From NCBI GenBank assembly GCA_964354495.1, contig CAYHAA010000002.1:60001-92000 (forward strand): 32,000 nucleotides of DNA, read 5' to 3'. Source of the stretch: an uncultured archaeon (GTDB lineage Archaea; Asgardarchaeota; Thorarchaeia; Thorarchaeales; Thorarchaeaceae). The notes under the pieces are model-generated. The model was not told where the DNA came from and ran no database searches. It saw only the letters and a list, made by a program, of their open reading frames with translations. Shown one piece after another: positions 1 to 10,003 of this stretch. Each line of letters opens with the position of its first letter. Position 1 is the stretch's first letter. The position numbers and the translations under genes were made by a program.

Positions 1-3000
1 GCGACAGCGTCAGTAACCCATGCATCATTGAGGGTGTCTCTAAAATTGAAAAGCATTGAATAGTTGTCATATACTGGATACTCGGCTTCAAGAGGACCTT
101 CTATTTGTGTGGGGATGGGCATCACAAGCAGTTTGGCAAGCCCGTAGGCGAACCTGTAGTTCTCTTTCCTGAAAGTCAAAGATATGTCGTGTGGTATCGC
201 TCCAGCTGATGCAATAGACGTATTCAGAGTAAGACTGTACGTCCCATTTGCATAATCCACAAGCGATCCTCGTGTTTGCTCCAGAGTGTAGTTCGTGATT
301 GCGCCCGCTATTCCTTCGTTTGCATGAGTGTCATTGAACAAGAAGTAGAATGTCACAATCTCACCGTAGTAGCCTGCAATCGTACCACTAGTGAGGATCA
401 CAATCGCAGTTTCGATTTGTTCAACTGTCAATGTGAAGTCAAATTGAGACGGGGTGAATCCCGGTTTAACACTGGATATGGATACAGTCCATTCTTGCAC
501 GCTGAGGAATGATGTGTCAACGAAGGCGCTGTAGTAGCCAGGAGTTGCCAACTCTACTAGACTGCCAACGATGGAGCCCACCCCAAAACTGAGAGTAGCG
601 CCATCGACAGGCAGATTGAGATCAGTATTGTTCAGATACACGGTGATAATGACAATATCCCTGTAGTTGCCTGAGATTACTGTGTTGGAAATTGGGACGA
701 GCTGCGTTTTTATCTCTGTAATCTCAATTGTCACCACAGTGCTAACGCTCTTGTAGTTAGGGGAGGAGGCTTGGATGAGAATATGGTGGTTGCCAACCGG
801 AGCGCCATTCACTACAAAGGAACCAACATATTTGCCATCGATGGCTGACCAGTCAATGAAACCGCTGCCGCCAACCCAGGAGAATTGAACTAATCCGTCC
901 ACTGAGATTGGAAGGCTGGTAGCATACTCAAGGTAATCAACATAGACCGTGACTGTCTCACCGTTGACAGCGGAGATTGGATCGATGGACGCAACAATCT
1001 TCGCAGCGATTTTTTCTATGCGGATCTGGAAGTCCCGCAGCGCTGTTTCGTAGTTGACCAGAGAGGACTGCACTCGAATCGTGTACTCACCTGAGGTCAA
1101 TGAAGAAGTGAGAACGGTACAATTGTACAGACCATCAGCCACGGGTGTCATATCGAAGGTCAGTAGACCAATCGTCAGATTGACATCTGCTCCAACAACT
1201 GGGAAGCCCGTCCTAGCATCTGTGATATTTGCTTGGAACTCCACACTATCGCCCCACATGGGACTCTGAGGAGTGAAGATCAGCTCAAGCAAAACAGGCA
1301 CTGCCGCGAGAAGAATGTCCGCCTCAATACTCTGACTCAGATGGAGGTATTTGCTTGCATTCACAATGAACCGATATTGCTGAGCATTGAGTCCAGAGGT
1401 GTTGATTGACATCTGGTATATGCCAGGTGCTATTTCCACAATAGTGGTGTCAGTCCCGTATCGTGTGAACCAATCAGTTGTTATGGTAGCACTTGGTACT
1501 CCTGTGCCAAATGCAATGGCTGTGTAGGTGATGTTGGCATAGACCATATCGCCGAGATAGTGTGTGACTCCCTCGGGCAAAACAAAGCTCAGAGTCGTGG
1601 ATACTGGATTCACGGATATGCCGAATTTCACACCAATAACGTCGCGATAAAATGGACTGCCAGACCATGTGAAATTGGCTTGGAAGAAGTACCTGCCAAG
1701 GCCAGCTAGACTATTCGAGTCCACAATGACCGCGTAAGTACCATCAGAATTGTCGATAATCCAATAGTCAAAGCTCGATGTGTTCGAGCAGCTCACGCTG
1801 ACACTGGCACCAAGAATTGGAGCACCGGTCAAATAGTCGCTGAAACGTAGGAGAGCAGTCACATTGAAGTAGTAGTAGCCGGGTGGCGTCTGCAGCACCG
1901 CCGCTTGGGTGAATCGTGCTACGATAGAAACCTCTGTCGAAGAGGACGCATTTCCATAGTATGGAGTGACGTCGCCCCATACAAATAGTATGGATATCAG
2001 ATGTTCTTCCTGGAGGATCGACGAGAGGATTGTCGAATTGATGGAGATGACATACACGCCATTTGAACCTGTCAGAGAGTAATGGCTATCAGTGATTAGA
2101 GTACCTCCTATTCCATGAGTCAGAATTAGGTTCGCTTTGCCCAGGCTAATTCCGGCGCTCTCCAACTCATCAGTGACGACTATCTCGAATGTCACATTCG
2201 ATAGAAATGGTGTGTTAAGAGGAGACTTCGAAACTGTGACAGTTGCCGGGCGCCTTGAAACCTCTATATCGACATCAAGGACTCTCTCTTGATAGAACGG
2301 CCACCCTAGGTTCCAAGTAACCGTTATAGTGATAGTGTATGATCCGAAATTGCCTAGAGCAGTAGTAAGTACTCGGACACTATAGCTGCCATCCAGGTCA
2401 TCATCAATCCAGTAGTTAACACCCAACTGAAGCGTTTCATTTGCAGCAGCGCAAGCTGCCGTGACAGTCGCTCCAACAATACCATCATCTGTCGTATCAT
2501 CTGTGTAGCGGATGACAATCACAGCTTCTGTAAGGTAGGGAGCCAGGTCAGGGAGGTCACTTGTGAGCTGAGTTCGCCGTATGGTAAGAGTGAGGTAGAA
2601 CACATCGTAAGCATCGACGCAATTGCGGCTTCCTCCGTAGAGAATGGTGACATTCATGATTTTTATTCCAATGCTGCTGAAGGCAGTCGTATCAAGGTGC
2701 AGCGTGTACATGCCATTTCCAAGATCGTCTACGGTGTAGCTACCCACGAGCCAGCTATCAAGGAGAATGGTGCCGCCATTCATCCCTAACGAAGTATAGT
2801 CATCAAGGTCGCGATACGTGAAGTTGAGGTGGAGGGTGTTACCAATCTGAACTGGGGGATAGGTTCCATGGGTAAGGTCAGTGTATCTCTCTCTGACTGA
2901 TATGAATATCTGAACATTTGTTCGGTTCTGGTAGTATGGGTTTCCAAGCCATATGACGTCGAGATAGAGCGTCTGACTTCCGATGGTGAGCAGTGATGTA

Positions 3001-4820
3001 TCAATCTCGACAATGAATACACCAGTGATGTCACCTGCGTAGTAGATGTTGAATGATGGATAGGCTGGAATGCTGATCTGGAGTTGAGAACTATTCCGTA
3101 TAGCTGAGCCGCTCAGCGAGTCGCGGAAGGTAAATGTGAGGTTGACGAGCTCATCGAATGGTGTGACAGGCAGAGGAGTCCAATCTACGTTGGTCAATCG
3201 GGATGAAGCGAAGACAGTGACTACAATGACCTGGTTCTGATAGTATGGCAATTCTGCCGCGGTCCAATTCAACCAAATCCTGAGTTGGACGGAACCGAGA
3301 CCATTCAACAACGATGAGTCGAACGTGATTCGGTACTCACCTGGACGCGTGACATAGTCAATCTCGAGAATAGTCATATCGTCTTGTGTAAGGGTCTCGC
3401 CAATTGTCAGCACTTCAATGTAGATGTGAACATTTCCTGAGTAGGGTCCTGTGCCGTTGATGATGCCGGTATTGCCGCCCATATCGAAGTAGATGATACT
3501 GAACGTGATATTCTCGCCATAGGGAGTAACAACCGGACTCTCTCCGATGAACAGGTCAGCAGGAGCGGCTGTTATGCGAACAATCGTTGAGAGTGTTAAA
3601 TTCGAATACTTGGGATTCACGCCAATCCATTTAATCATAAAATCAAGAGTGATCTGCCCAACGTCGGACCATTGACTTGCTGGAATGTGAATTGCATAGA
3701 GTCCATCAGAGCTTATATTCGCTACCCAGAATGACGGAGAAGCTAGTGTCGGGCTTGTGATAATAAGCTCTACGTAACCGCCCAGGGTAGTACCGTTGAC
3801 AATACCAGTATTCGCGTCGACATCAAAATAGACGAGATTGACTGTGATGTTGCCAGTATATGGGGTAGGCTCAACCGAGTTGTCCAGGTAGAAGGATGTG
3901 AGGTGTGTTCGTAACTCTACTGTTACGATGAAAGAGTGATTCTGCGCACCGTATCGCTCGACGGTGAAGAGCACATCATACGAAGTGAGTGCGTCATCAT
4001 CCATCGAGTAAATCACAACCTGGTAGACACCAGGAGTAGCGGTTTCTGTCACTGTGTAGTTCTGATCACCCGCTGAGTGAATATCGGACCAATTGCATCT
4101 GATTACGCCTGCAGCACCACTGATCGGAATGCCAACATCGGTGTCCCTGTAAGTGACCGTTAGTGAAGTAGTATAGCCGACAGGGAGTGACAGAAAGCTC
4201 GTCGACGGAATAGCTGAAGTGTGTAGCTCACGGATGTCAACAGATAGGATGATGTAGCGAGACTGGTAGTAGTCCTTCGAGGCAGTGATTTGCACGTGGT
4301 ACAGATCCAGAGTCATTCCCGTGGTATCTAAATTCAGGAGATAGTTGCCTGAACCCTCAGGTGTTACAGTATAAGCTTGAGTCCAATTGCATAGTACTGT
4401 AGCACCAACAACGGGGTTTGCTAACATGTCCTCAAAGTAGACATGGAGGCTCGCAGTATTCCCGCTGGCGACATTAATACCAGGAGCGTCTGAAGAGAGA
4501 AGTTCTGTTTCATAGAAGACATTGATTGTGAAAGTACCAGATAGTGAATCATAGTCTGACTTTGACCAATCAAGATCGACCTCATACTTGCCATTTGATG
4601 GAAGCAAGCTAGTATTCAGGGCGACATTGTACTCGCCAGTACCCAGGTCGCTAGCGTTTCCACTATAGGTGTGCCAAGAATATGTCATGAGTCCTGCTGG
4701 CAGAAGATCACCATTATCTGAGTCGTTTACACGAAGCTGGAGGAGCACAACTGCACCATAGGTCACATTGGTAGTCCAAGTAGATTGACTTTCAACTGGA
4801 TACTTCACTGACAACTGTGT
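1..4820 (-). repeat. Degenerate tandem Ig-like (~100-110 aa) stalk repeats, roughly 14-16 visible
   Basis: Recurring pattern Y.D..G..I.GA...W....G.G.Y...(D/N)T..L..G.Y...I....Y (e.g. GATVLCNWTQAYTVTPEGSGNYLLNLDTTG; DDLGNGMYTLHLDTTA; DNSDGTYAVIVDSNSL). The count is an estimate from length. Confidence 0.7.
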
Positions 4821-7541
4821 AGAGTGCTGGATTGAGAAATCCCGACAGAAGAATCCGACGTTGTGCACTTCTGAATGAGATACGTGGTCATCAATTGCAG
4901 CTTGTACTTGCCATAAGCCTATTCGTGCGCTAACAGCATCAAGAGTAACATAGCCGCTGACAGCATATCCAGATGAGTCAACTGTCGCTGTGAGGGTATC
5001 CCAGATCTCTCCAAGGGAGTCGTATATTGTGAAGGTGACAAGATTATTCTGGTAGACAGACGAAAGAGCAGCACGGAATCTCGTGATTTCGTCGGCCCTG
5101 AATGTCTTCGTCCGAACCCATTGACCAAGCGCATTATCCCAGACCTGCAGGTTACTAACCATGTTAGGTGAAACGCTGCGAATCATCCAGAATCCATTGG
5201 GATCGGAGAGTCCGAGCTCATAGACAGAGATGTTGACAGCTCCATCTCCGGGTTCGCCTAGATACCAGCCATTTGTGAGATTAGTGTACCGCTGCGTGGG
5301 CTCCGACACGAATGTAACATCGCGGTCAGACGTTAGGGAGATATTATAGAAGAACTCGTCCTCGTATCCGCCAGGTACAGCAACGTAGTGATTTGTCACC
5401 CATTGGACATCTGTATTATTCTCTACAAGATAGTTGTCGCCATATGTGAAAAGCTCAGTATCATTGACAGTTTCCGCGTTGAACCTGCGCGCATAGACCT
5501 TGATGTCAGCATCGATTTCAACCGATATCTGAAGATTCGGGTCAGGAGGATTATTGTCAGGAGCCCACGAGAAGTTGGCGTGAGCGGCGCCGTGTGTCCA
5601 CGGGGAAGCTGGGGTGTAGCTGACCGTTCCCAGTCCAAAGATCGGATTAGGTCCACTGTACACATTCTGAACATCTACTCCATTCATCTGGAGGTTTATG
5701 TTGTCAGGAATTGCCTTTGCCTTAATGTACAGAGCAATGTTGTCTAGCCTGCCCTCGGGTCTTATATCGGCTGACCTGTACCATTCACTCTGAGTCACCC
5801 TCAGCCCTGCCAACACCTGTAGGTTTGGCAGAGAAATGCTGGAGTAATCGACAGGAATGAGTCCAGTCGAGTACCAGAAGTTGTCATCATCAATATCATC
5901 GAACTGCTTAGACCAGAAGTAACTTCCACCATGATCAGGATCCCCAGCCGATACGAAGAGCTCAAAGAACCCAGTCATATATGTTCCCCAACCACGACAG
6001 TCTGCATAATAATCGAGGGAGATGCCTGCCCATGTCACGTCGCCCCGGTCGATTACAAGATCCTGTCTGATGAAGGCCTTGTCGCCAGGATTGTACCAGA
6101 ATCCGTACAGACCAGTAGTCGACTCGCTATGCCAGTAGCCATCAATCTGGAAGATAGAAGAAGGATTGCCAGCCCCGTGACCGGTCGAGAGCCAGTTCGC
6201 ATCCATTCTCTCAGTGCCACTGCCTTCACTTATGTACACGTTGCCTGTCGGGCCTACAGCGATACCGTAGTTGAATCGGAGGTTAGATATGCCTGTTCCG
6301 TCGGTGCCCCACTGTCCCTGATAAGAGCCTGTATTGGACCAATAAGTAACTCGATGATTGCCGAGGTCATTCACGTATATGCGCCCTGTGGTCGAATTGA
6401 CAGCAACTCCCATGGGCGTTCTGAAGTTGGTATTTCCACCACCAAGGCTGCCGAACTGACCGGAGTATGCTCCAGCAGCTGTGAATCTCTGGATGCGGTT
6501 ATTTGTACTATCAGCCACAACGACCTGCCCCGTGCTTTGATCGACTGCAATTCCTGTTGGCATCTGGAATTGACTATTGCCTGTCCCCGTTGAGCCCCAG
6601 CCACCCTGCCTTACACCATTCTGGCTGAAGTACTGCACACGATCATTGCCTGTGTCTGTTACATAGACGTACCCGTTCGAGTTACGAATAGCTATTCCTG
6701 TTGGCGCCCTGAACTCACCATTGTCAATCCCCGGCGAGCCAAACTGTCCCTGATAGACTCCTGTGGAACTGAACACCTGGACTCGGTCATTGCCTTGGTC
6801 AACAACATATACGTAACCTGTGGAGTTGACAGCAATTCCCGTAGGGCGGTCGAATTGTCCATTCCCAGTGCCATAGCTTCCCCATTGTCTGATGAAAGTG
6901 CCGGTGCTCGTAAAGACCTGTATGCGGTTGTTAAAGGCATCAGCAACGTGAACATTACCAGAAGAGTCAATTGCCACCCCCCAAGGATCAATGAATTGGC
7001 CGGTCCCTGTACCTCTAGCTCCCCACGTACCTACATTGGTGCCCGTCTGAGTGAAGTAGTGCATTCTGTTATTTCCATTGAAGTCCCCTTCCTCATATCG
7101 AGTTTCGAAAGCCCAGGTGGTATCTGCGGCAAAGCTCGGATTGAGCAGCCAGCTGCGATTCTCTGTGATGCCGTCGAGATCTCCGTAGATACTATATCCT
7201 TCCCACTGTTCGCCGAGAGGCACTGAGAGATTAGCAGTCGTGATAGTCCCTGATGGATAGTAGACCATGCGTTGGTCTATGAACGAGTCAATTCTCGTTC
7301 CGTACTCCGAAGCAATCAGTGGATCCCCTGTTCCAGCCAATGAGGTCGGCAAGTCTGAGATGACGTATTTCAGGAGCACTTCGTCCGGAGCCACCTCGAT
7401 TGTATCTCCGTTATCCAGAACCACGGTTTCACCGCCCGCTCCGCCATTTGGACCGATTGCCCAACCGGGAGGTACAGTCACAACGCCCAGGATCAAGGGA
7501 AGAATCACAAGAAGCATTCCCATTATTCTCTTTGTTCTCAT
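1..7541 (-). CDS. Giant secreted/cell-surface protein (>=2513 aa, C-terminus beyond the window): signal peptide, beta-rich head with inserted NHL propeller, long Ig-like repeat stalk
   Basis: Manual translation from ATG 7541 gives MRTKRIMGMLLVILPLILGVVTVPPGWA (signal-like). The same frame is confirmed at 7079, 6239 and at the window edge (...FNFRDTLNDAWVTDAV). No in-frame stop was found, which explains its absence from the ORF track. GAGGAG lies 8 nt upstream. Many N-x-S/T sequons. Confidence 0.92.
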   Translation of the reverse strand, partial: MRTKRIMGMLLVILPLILGVVTVPPGWAIGPNGGAGGETVVLDNGDTIEVAPDEVLLKYVISDLPTSLAGTGDPLIASEYGTRIDSFIDQRMVYYPSGTITTANLSVPLGEQWEGYSIYGDLDGITENRSWLLNPSFAADTTWAFETRYEEGDFNGNNRMHYFTQTGTNVGTWGARGTGTGQFIDPWGVAIDSSGNVHVADAFNNRIQVFTSTGTFIRQWGSYGTGNGQFDRPTGIAVNSTGYVYVVDQGNDRVQVFSSTGVYQGQFGSPGIDNGEFRAPTGIAIRNSNGYVYVTDTGNDRVQYFSQNGVRQGGWGSTGTGNSQFQMPTGIAVDQSTGQVVVADSTNNRIQRFTAAGAYSGQFGSLGGGNTNFRTPMGVAVNSTTGRIYVNDLGNHRVTYWSNTGSYQGQWGTDGTGISNLRFNYGIAVGPTGNVYISEGSGTERMDANWLSTGHGAGNPSSIFQIDGYWHSESTTGLYGFWYNPGDKAFIRQDLVIDRGDVTWAGISLDYYADCRGWGTYMTGFFELFVSAGDPDHGGSYFWSKQFDDIDDDNFWYSTGLIPVDYSSISLPNLQVLAGLRVTQSEWYRSADIRPEGRLDNIALYIKAKAIPDNINLQMNGVDVQNVYSGPNPIFGLGTVSYTPASPWTHGAAHANFSWAPDNNPPDPNLQISVEIDADIKVYARRFNAETVNDTELFTYGDNYLVENNTDVQWVTNHYVAVPGGYEDEFFYNISLTSDRDVTFVSEPTQRYTNLTNGWYLGEPGDGAVNISVYELGLSDPNGFWMIRSVSPNMVSNLQVWDNALGQWVRTKTFRADEITRFRAALSSVYQNNLVTFTIYDSLGEIWDTLTATVDSSGYAVSGYVTLDAVSARIGLWQVQAAIDDHVSHSEVHNVGFFCRDFSIQHSTQLSVKYPVESQSTWTTNVTYGAVVLLQLRVNDSDNGDLLPAGLMTYSWHTYSGNASDLGTGEYNVALNTSLLPSNGKYEVDLDWSKSDYDSLSGTFTINVFYETELLSSDAPGINVASGNTASLHVYFEDMLANPVVGATVLCNWTQAYTVTPEGSGNYLLNLDTTGMTLDLYHVQITASKDYYQSRYIILSVDIRELHTSAIPSTSFLSLPVGYTTSLTVTYRDTDVGIPISGAAGVIRCNWSDIHSAGDQNYTVTETATPGVYQVVIYSMDDDALTSYDVLFTVERYGAQNHSFIVTVELRTHLTSFYLDNSVEPTPYTGNITVNLVYFDVDANTGIVNGTTLGGYVELIITSPTLASPSFWVANISSDGLYAIHIPASQWSDVGQITLDFMIKWIGVNPKYSNLTLSTIVRITAAPADLFIGESPVVTPYGENITFSIIYFDMGGNTGIINGTGPYSGNVHIYIEVLTIGETLTQDDMTILEIDYVTRPGEYRITFDSSLLNGLGSVQLRIWLNWTAAELPYYQNQVIVVTVFASSRLTNVDWTPLPVTPFDELVNLTFTFRDSLSGSAIRNSSQLQISIPAYPSFNIYYAGDITGVFIVEIDTSLLTIGSQTLYLDVIWLGNPYYQNRTNVQIFISVRERYTDLTHGTYPPVQIGNTLHLNFTYRDLDDYTSLGMNGGTILLDSWLVGSYTVDDLGNGMYTLHLDTTAFSSIGIKIMNVTILYGGSRNCVDAYDVFYLTLTIRRTQLTSDLPDLAPYLTEAVIVIRYTDDTTDDGIVGATVTAACAAANETLQLGVNYWIDDDLDGSYSVRVLTTALGNFGSYTITITVTWNLGWPFYQERVLDVDIEVSRRPATVTVSKSPLNTPFLSNVTFEIVVTDELESAGISLGKANLILTHGIGGTLITDSHYSLTGSNGVYVISINSTILSSILQEEHLISILFVWGDVTPYYGNASSSTEVSIVARFTQAAVLQTPPGYYYFNVTALLRFSDYLTGAPILGASVSVSCSNTSSFDYWIIDNSDGTYAVIVDSNSLAGLGRYFFQANFTWSGSPFYRDVIGVKFGISVNPVSTTLSFVLPEGVTHYLGDMVYANITYTAIAFGTGVPSATITTDWFTRYGTDTTIVEIAPGIYQMSINTSGLNAQQYRFIVNASKYLHLSQSIEADILLAAVPVLLELIFTPQSPMWGDSVEFQANITDARTGFPVVGADVNLTIGLLTFDMTPVADGLYNCTVLTSSLTSGEYTIRVQSSLVNYETALRDFQIRIEKIAAKIVASIDPISAVNGETVTVYVDYLEYATSLPISVDGLVQFSWVGGSGFIDWSAIDGKYVGSFVVNGAPVGNHHILIQASSPNYKSVSTVVTIEITEIKTQLVPISNTVISGNYRDIVIITVYLNNTDLNLPVDGATLSFGVGSIVGSLVELATPGYYSAFVDTSFLSVQEWTVSISSVKPGFTPSQFDFTLTVEQIETAIVILTSGTIAGYYGEIVTFYFLFNDTHANEGIAGAITNYTLEQTRGSLVDYANGTYSLTLNTSIASAGAIPHDISLTFRKENYRFAYGLAKLLVMPIPTQIEGPLEAEYPVYDNYSMLFNFRDTLNDAWVTDAV
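6204..7067 (-). repeat. Six NHL repeats (six-bladed beta-propeller) inside the giant protein
   Basis: Repeats of W/FG..G.G.GQF..P.GIAV...G.VYV.D.GN.R(I/V)Q.F, e.g. QWGSYGTGNGQFDRPTGIAVNSTGYVYVVDQGNDRVQVF and GWGSTGTGNSQFQMPTGIAVDQSTGQVVVADSTNNRIQRF. Confidence 0.9.
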
Positions 7542-7549
7542 GGGTTGGT

Positions 7550-7555
7550 CTCCTC
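7550..7555 (-). promoter_or_regulatory. Shine-Dalgarno-like site GAGGAG for the giant surface gene
   Basis: GAGGAG 8 nt upstream of ATG 7541. Confidence 0.6.
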
Positions 7556-7885
7556 ATAGGCTCTATCCATAGTCACGACTATGCGACCGACCTGACAAGC
7601 TTATGCTTACTAGTATATGAATAGATGGTGAATCCATATATTGCACAACCGTTCGAAAAATAGACACATGGAATAATCTCGGCGCACCTCGAAAGTTCCG
7701 CAGCGGTTTTGTCTGATTCGATAGAAGAGAATCACCATCATCAACTGCTAGTGTGGATTTTCTGTTAGGAGTATGATTCTCATAATTTCAAGTGTCTACG
7801 CTGAACTACTCAATCTATCTCTTTCACGACATCAGTTAGTCTTAAATCACAGGCAGAATTCGTGGCTTCAAACGGAGCCAGCCAC

Positions 7886-9361
7886 ATGACAACTAAGAAG
7901 AAACCCACAATCAAGGAAATTCTTGATATTCATTCTGTAGCCATCGTGGGAGTTTCTGAAACGCTCGGGTACTACTGGGTATATTCAATGCTACAATGGA
8001 AGCATGATCTCAGAGTGTGGCTAGTTTCTAGAAGGGAGGGAGAAAAACTCGGTCACAAAATATACAGGAGCCTCTCAGAGGTTCCCGAGAGAATTGACTA
8101 TGCCATCATTGCAGTTCCGTACAAGCATGTTCCTCAGGTTCTGAGGGAATGCCATGAGAAGGGAGCAAAAGGAGTCACCATATTTTCAAGTGGATTTTCA
8201 GAGCTCGGAACTGAAGAAGGTAGGCAGAGAGAGAGCGAAATTCGAACCATCCTGGATGAATTAGGAATGAGGGCCTTTGGACCAAATTGCATGGGACTCC
8301 TGTACCCCGAGATTGGCTTTGCGTATATGCCAACTCTGAAACGGCTCTCAGGGAATGTGGGATTTCTTTCCCAGTCAGGGGGAGTGTCAATGACCTCATA
8401 TACCTCAGGGGTTGAGGCAGGGGTCGGCTTCAGCAAAGTCTTCAGCTATGGAAACGAAGTCGACATATCACCACAGGAGCTCTTGGACTACCTAAGAAAC
8501 GATGCAAAAACGAAAGTCGTCGGAGCCTACATCGAAGGAGCCAAAAACGGACAGCAAGTCTTGAACTCGCTCATTGATACGGCCAAGGTGAAGCCAGTTG
8601 TGGTTCTGAAGGGAGGTCGAACTGGTGCAGGATCACGAGCGGCATCATCTCATACTGGAGCGCTTGCAGGGAATCAGGAGATCTGGAAGGCCGCTTTCCA
8701 ACAAGCGAATGTTCAGACTGTGGAGACGATTGAAGACTTAATGGCCACTTTGAGCATCTTCTCACTCAGCCCTAGACCAAAGACAAGAGATGTTGGAATT
8801 GTTGCAATAAGTGGAGGAACTAGCGTCGTTTACACGGATCTCTGCATTGAGAATGGTCTGCGAGTTCCTCAGACAACACCTGAGACTATTGAGCGTCTTA
8901 GACAACTCATGCGTGATGTGGGGATAGGACTAGGCAATCCTATCGATATGGCTCAAGACTACTATCAAGATCAGACTACGACAGAGGTCGTTCGTGCTAT
9001 TGCAGAAGACGCGGGATTCTCCTCAGTCATCTTTGAGGCAGACGTCTATAACATGCACCAGGTCGCCACAATAATGGGCGCCCAAGATGTATTGGTTGAT
9101 TATTGGAGAGCAGTGGCAAAGGCAGGAAGAAAGGTCGTAGAGGAGGTCAATAAACCGGTGCTAGTTGTGCTTCCAGAGGTCGCCTATCCAAAAGCACGAA
9201 CTGATGCTTGGGATGCATTTGTCAAAGAAGGTCTTCCTGTGTTTCATAACATGTACGAAGCAATCAGAGCCTTAACGCGGGTCTGCAAGTACTATGAAGT
9301 GAATGATAGTCGAAGTGAGCGAATCATGCCATCTCGACCCAGTTCACGAATTCAGAAGTAG
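7886..9361 (+). CDS. ADP-forming acyl-CoA synthetase (acetate-CoA ligase) alpha-subunit-like protein
   Basis: N-terminal CoA-binding domain (SVAIVGVS), GPNCMG, GFLSQSGG, phospho-His motif AASSHTGALAG, NPID. ATG 7886 is preferred over GTG 7862 because GGAG lies upstream. No beta subunit in the window. Confidence 0.88.
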   Translation: MTTKKKPTIKEILDIHSVAIVGVSETLGYYWVYSMLQWKHDLRVWLVSRREGEKLGHKIYRSLSEVPERIDYAIIAVPYKHVPQVLRECHEKGAKGVTIFSSGFSELGTEEGRQRESEIRTILDELGMRAFGPNCMGLLYPEIGFAYMPTLKRLSGNVGFLSQSGGVSMTSYTSGVEAGVGFSKVFSYGNEVDISPQELLDYLRNDAKTKVVGAYIEGAKNGQQVLNSLIDTAKVKPVVVLKGGRTGAGSRAASSHTGALAGNQEIWKAAFQQANVQTVETIEDLMATLSIFSLSPRPKTRDVGIVAISGGTSVVYTDLCIENGLRVPQTTPETIERLRQLMRDVGIGLGNPIDMAQDYYQDQTTTEVVRAIAEDAGFSSVIFEADVYNMHQVATIMGAQDVLVDYWRAVAKAGRKVVEEVNKPVLVVLPEVAYPKARTDAWDAFVKEGLPVFHNMYEAIRALTRVCKYYEVNDSRSERIMPSRPSSRIQK

Positions 9362-9920
9362 TCTGATTCTCAGTAATGAATAGCTTTCTGTATTCTGGGT
9401 TTTTCAACTGCAGCCAAACGTACTGGAAATCAAAATCGAAACCAATGATTCTCACTGATGCTTCAATTGAGTTAGGTCTGAAAGCAACGTAACCGAAGAT
9501 AAGAGACAAAGAGAGTCCTACAAAGTATGCTATCGCAATAGGATGAATCCCTCTCCCCGACGATAGGTCGTAGCCTACGAAGATTAGGGCGAAGATTGAC
9601 AATCCCGAGAGGAAAGCAGCGAATAGCATCGCAAGACAGCGCATTCTCGCATTACCATCATCTGTGATATGATGGTCTTCGCACACGTACAATGGAAGGC
9701 TTCGAGGGACTGAAGCTGGCAATCCGAATCTTCTTCTTTCTCTAGCATAGAAGGCAGGATTCCAATGAGGGCGCAACCACTGTCTATTCTGGGGCGTTAC
9801 TGATATTCTGCTCATAGAAGTGGATGAAGCACAACAGACGGGGCATATCCTGGGGAATCTGAGTCTCTCCAATTCTACTCTTACTATTGGCTCATCGAAG
9901 TGCTTCCTGTTTGAAGGCAA
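9324..9920 (-). CDS. Hypothetical membrane protein with putative metal-binding CxxC...CxxH and two TM helices
   Basis: FPRICPVCC and LYVCEDH motifs, followed by two hydrophobic segments. Confidence 0.7.
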   Translation of the reverse strand: MPSNRKHFDEPIVRVELERLRFPRICPVCCASSTSMSRISVTPQNRQWLRPHWNPAFYARERRRFGLPASVPRSLPLYVCEDHHITDDGNARMRCLAMLFAAFLSGLSIFALIFVGYDLSSGRGIHPIAIAYFVGLSLSLIFGYVAFRPNSIEASVRIIGFDFDFQYVWLQLKNPEYRKLFITENQTTSEFVNWVEMA

Positions 9921-10003
9921 TTAGAGGAACACATCCTTTGACGTTTGACGGAGTTCCTGTTCCCAGTTTAATCTATTGAAGTCGGTAGTCATATCACCGG
10001 ACC

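Noticed and set aside
6875-6895. Apparent frameshift in the NHL region, suggested by ORF 6692..6991
   Set aside because: Recounting the C4 run shows the main frame reads RQWGSYG without interruption; the listed ORF is an alternative-frame shadow.
5931-7226. Long plus-strand ORFs (220 aa, 143 aa)
   Set aside because: Antisense shadows of the giant gene with no recognisable motifs.
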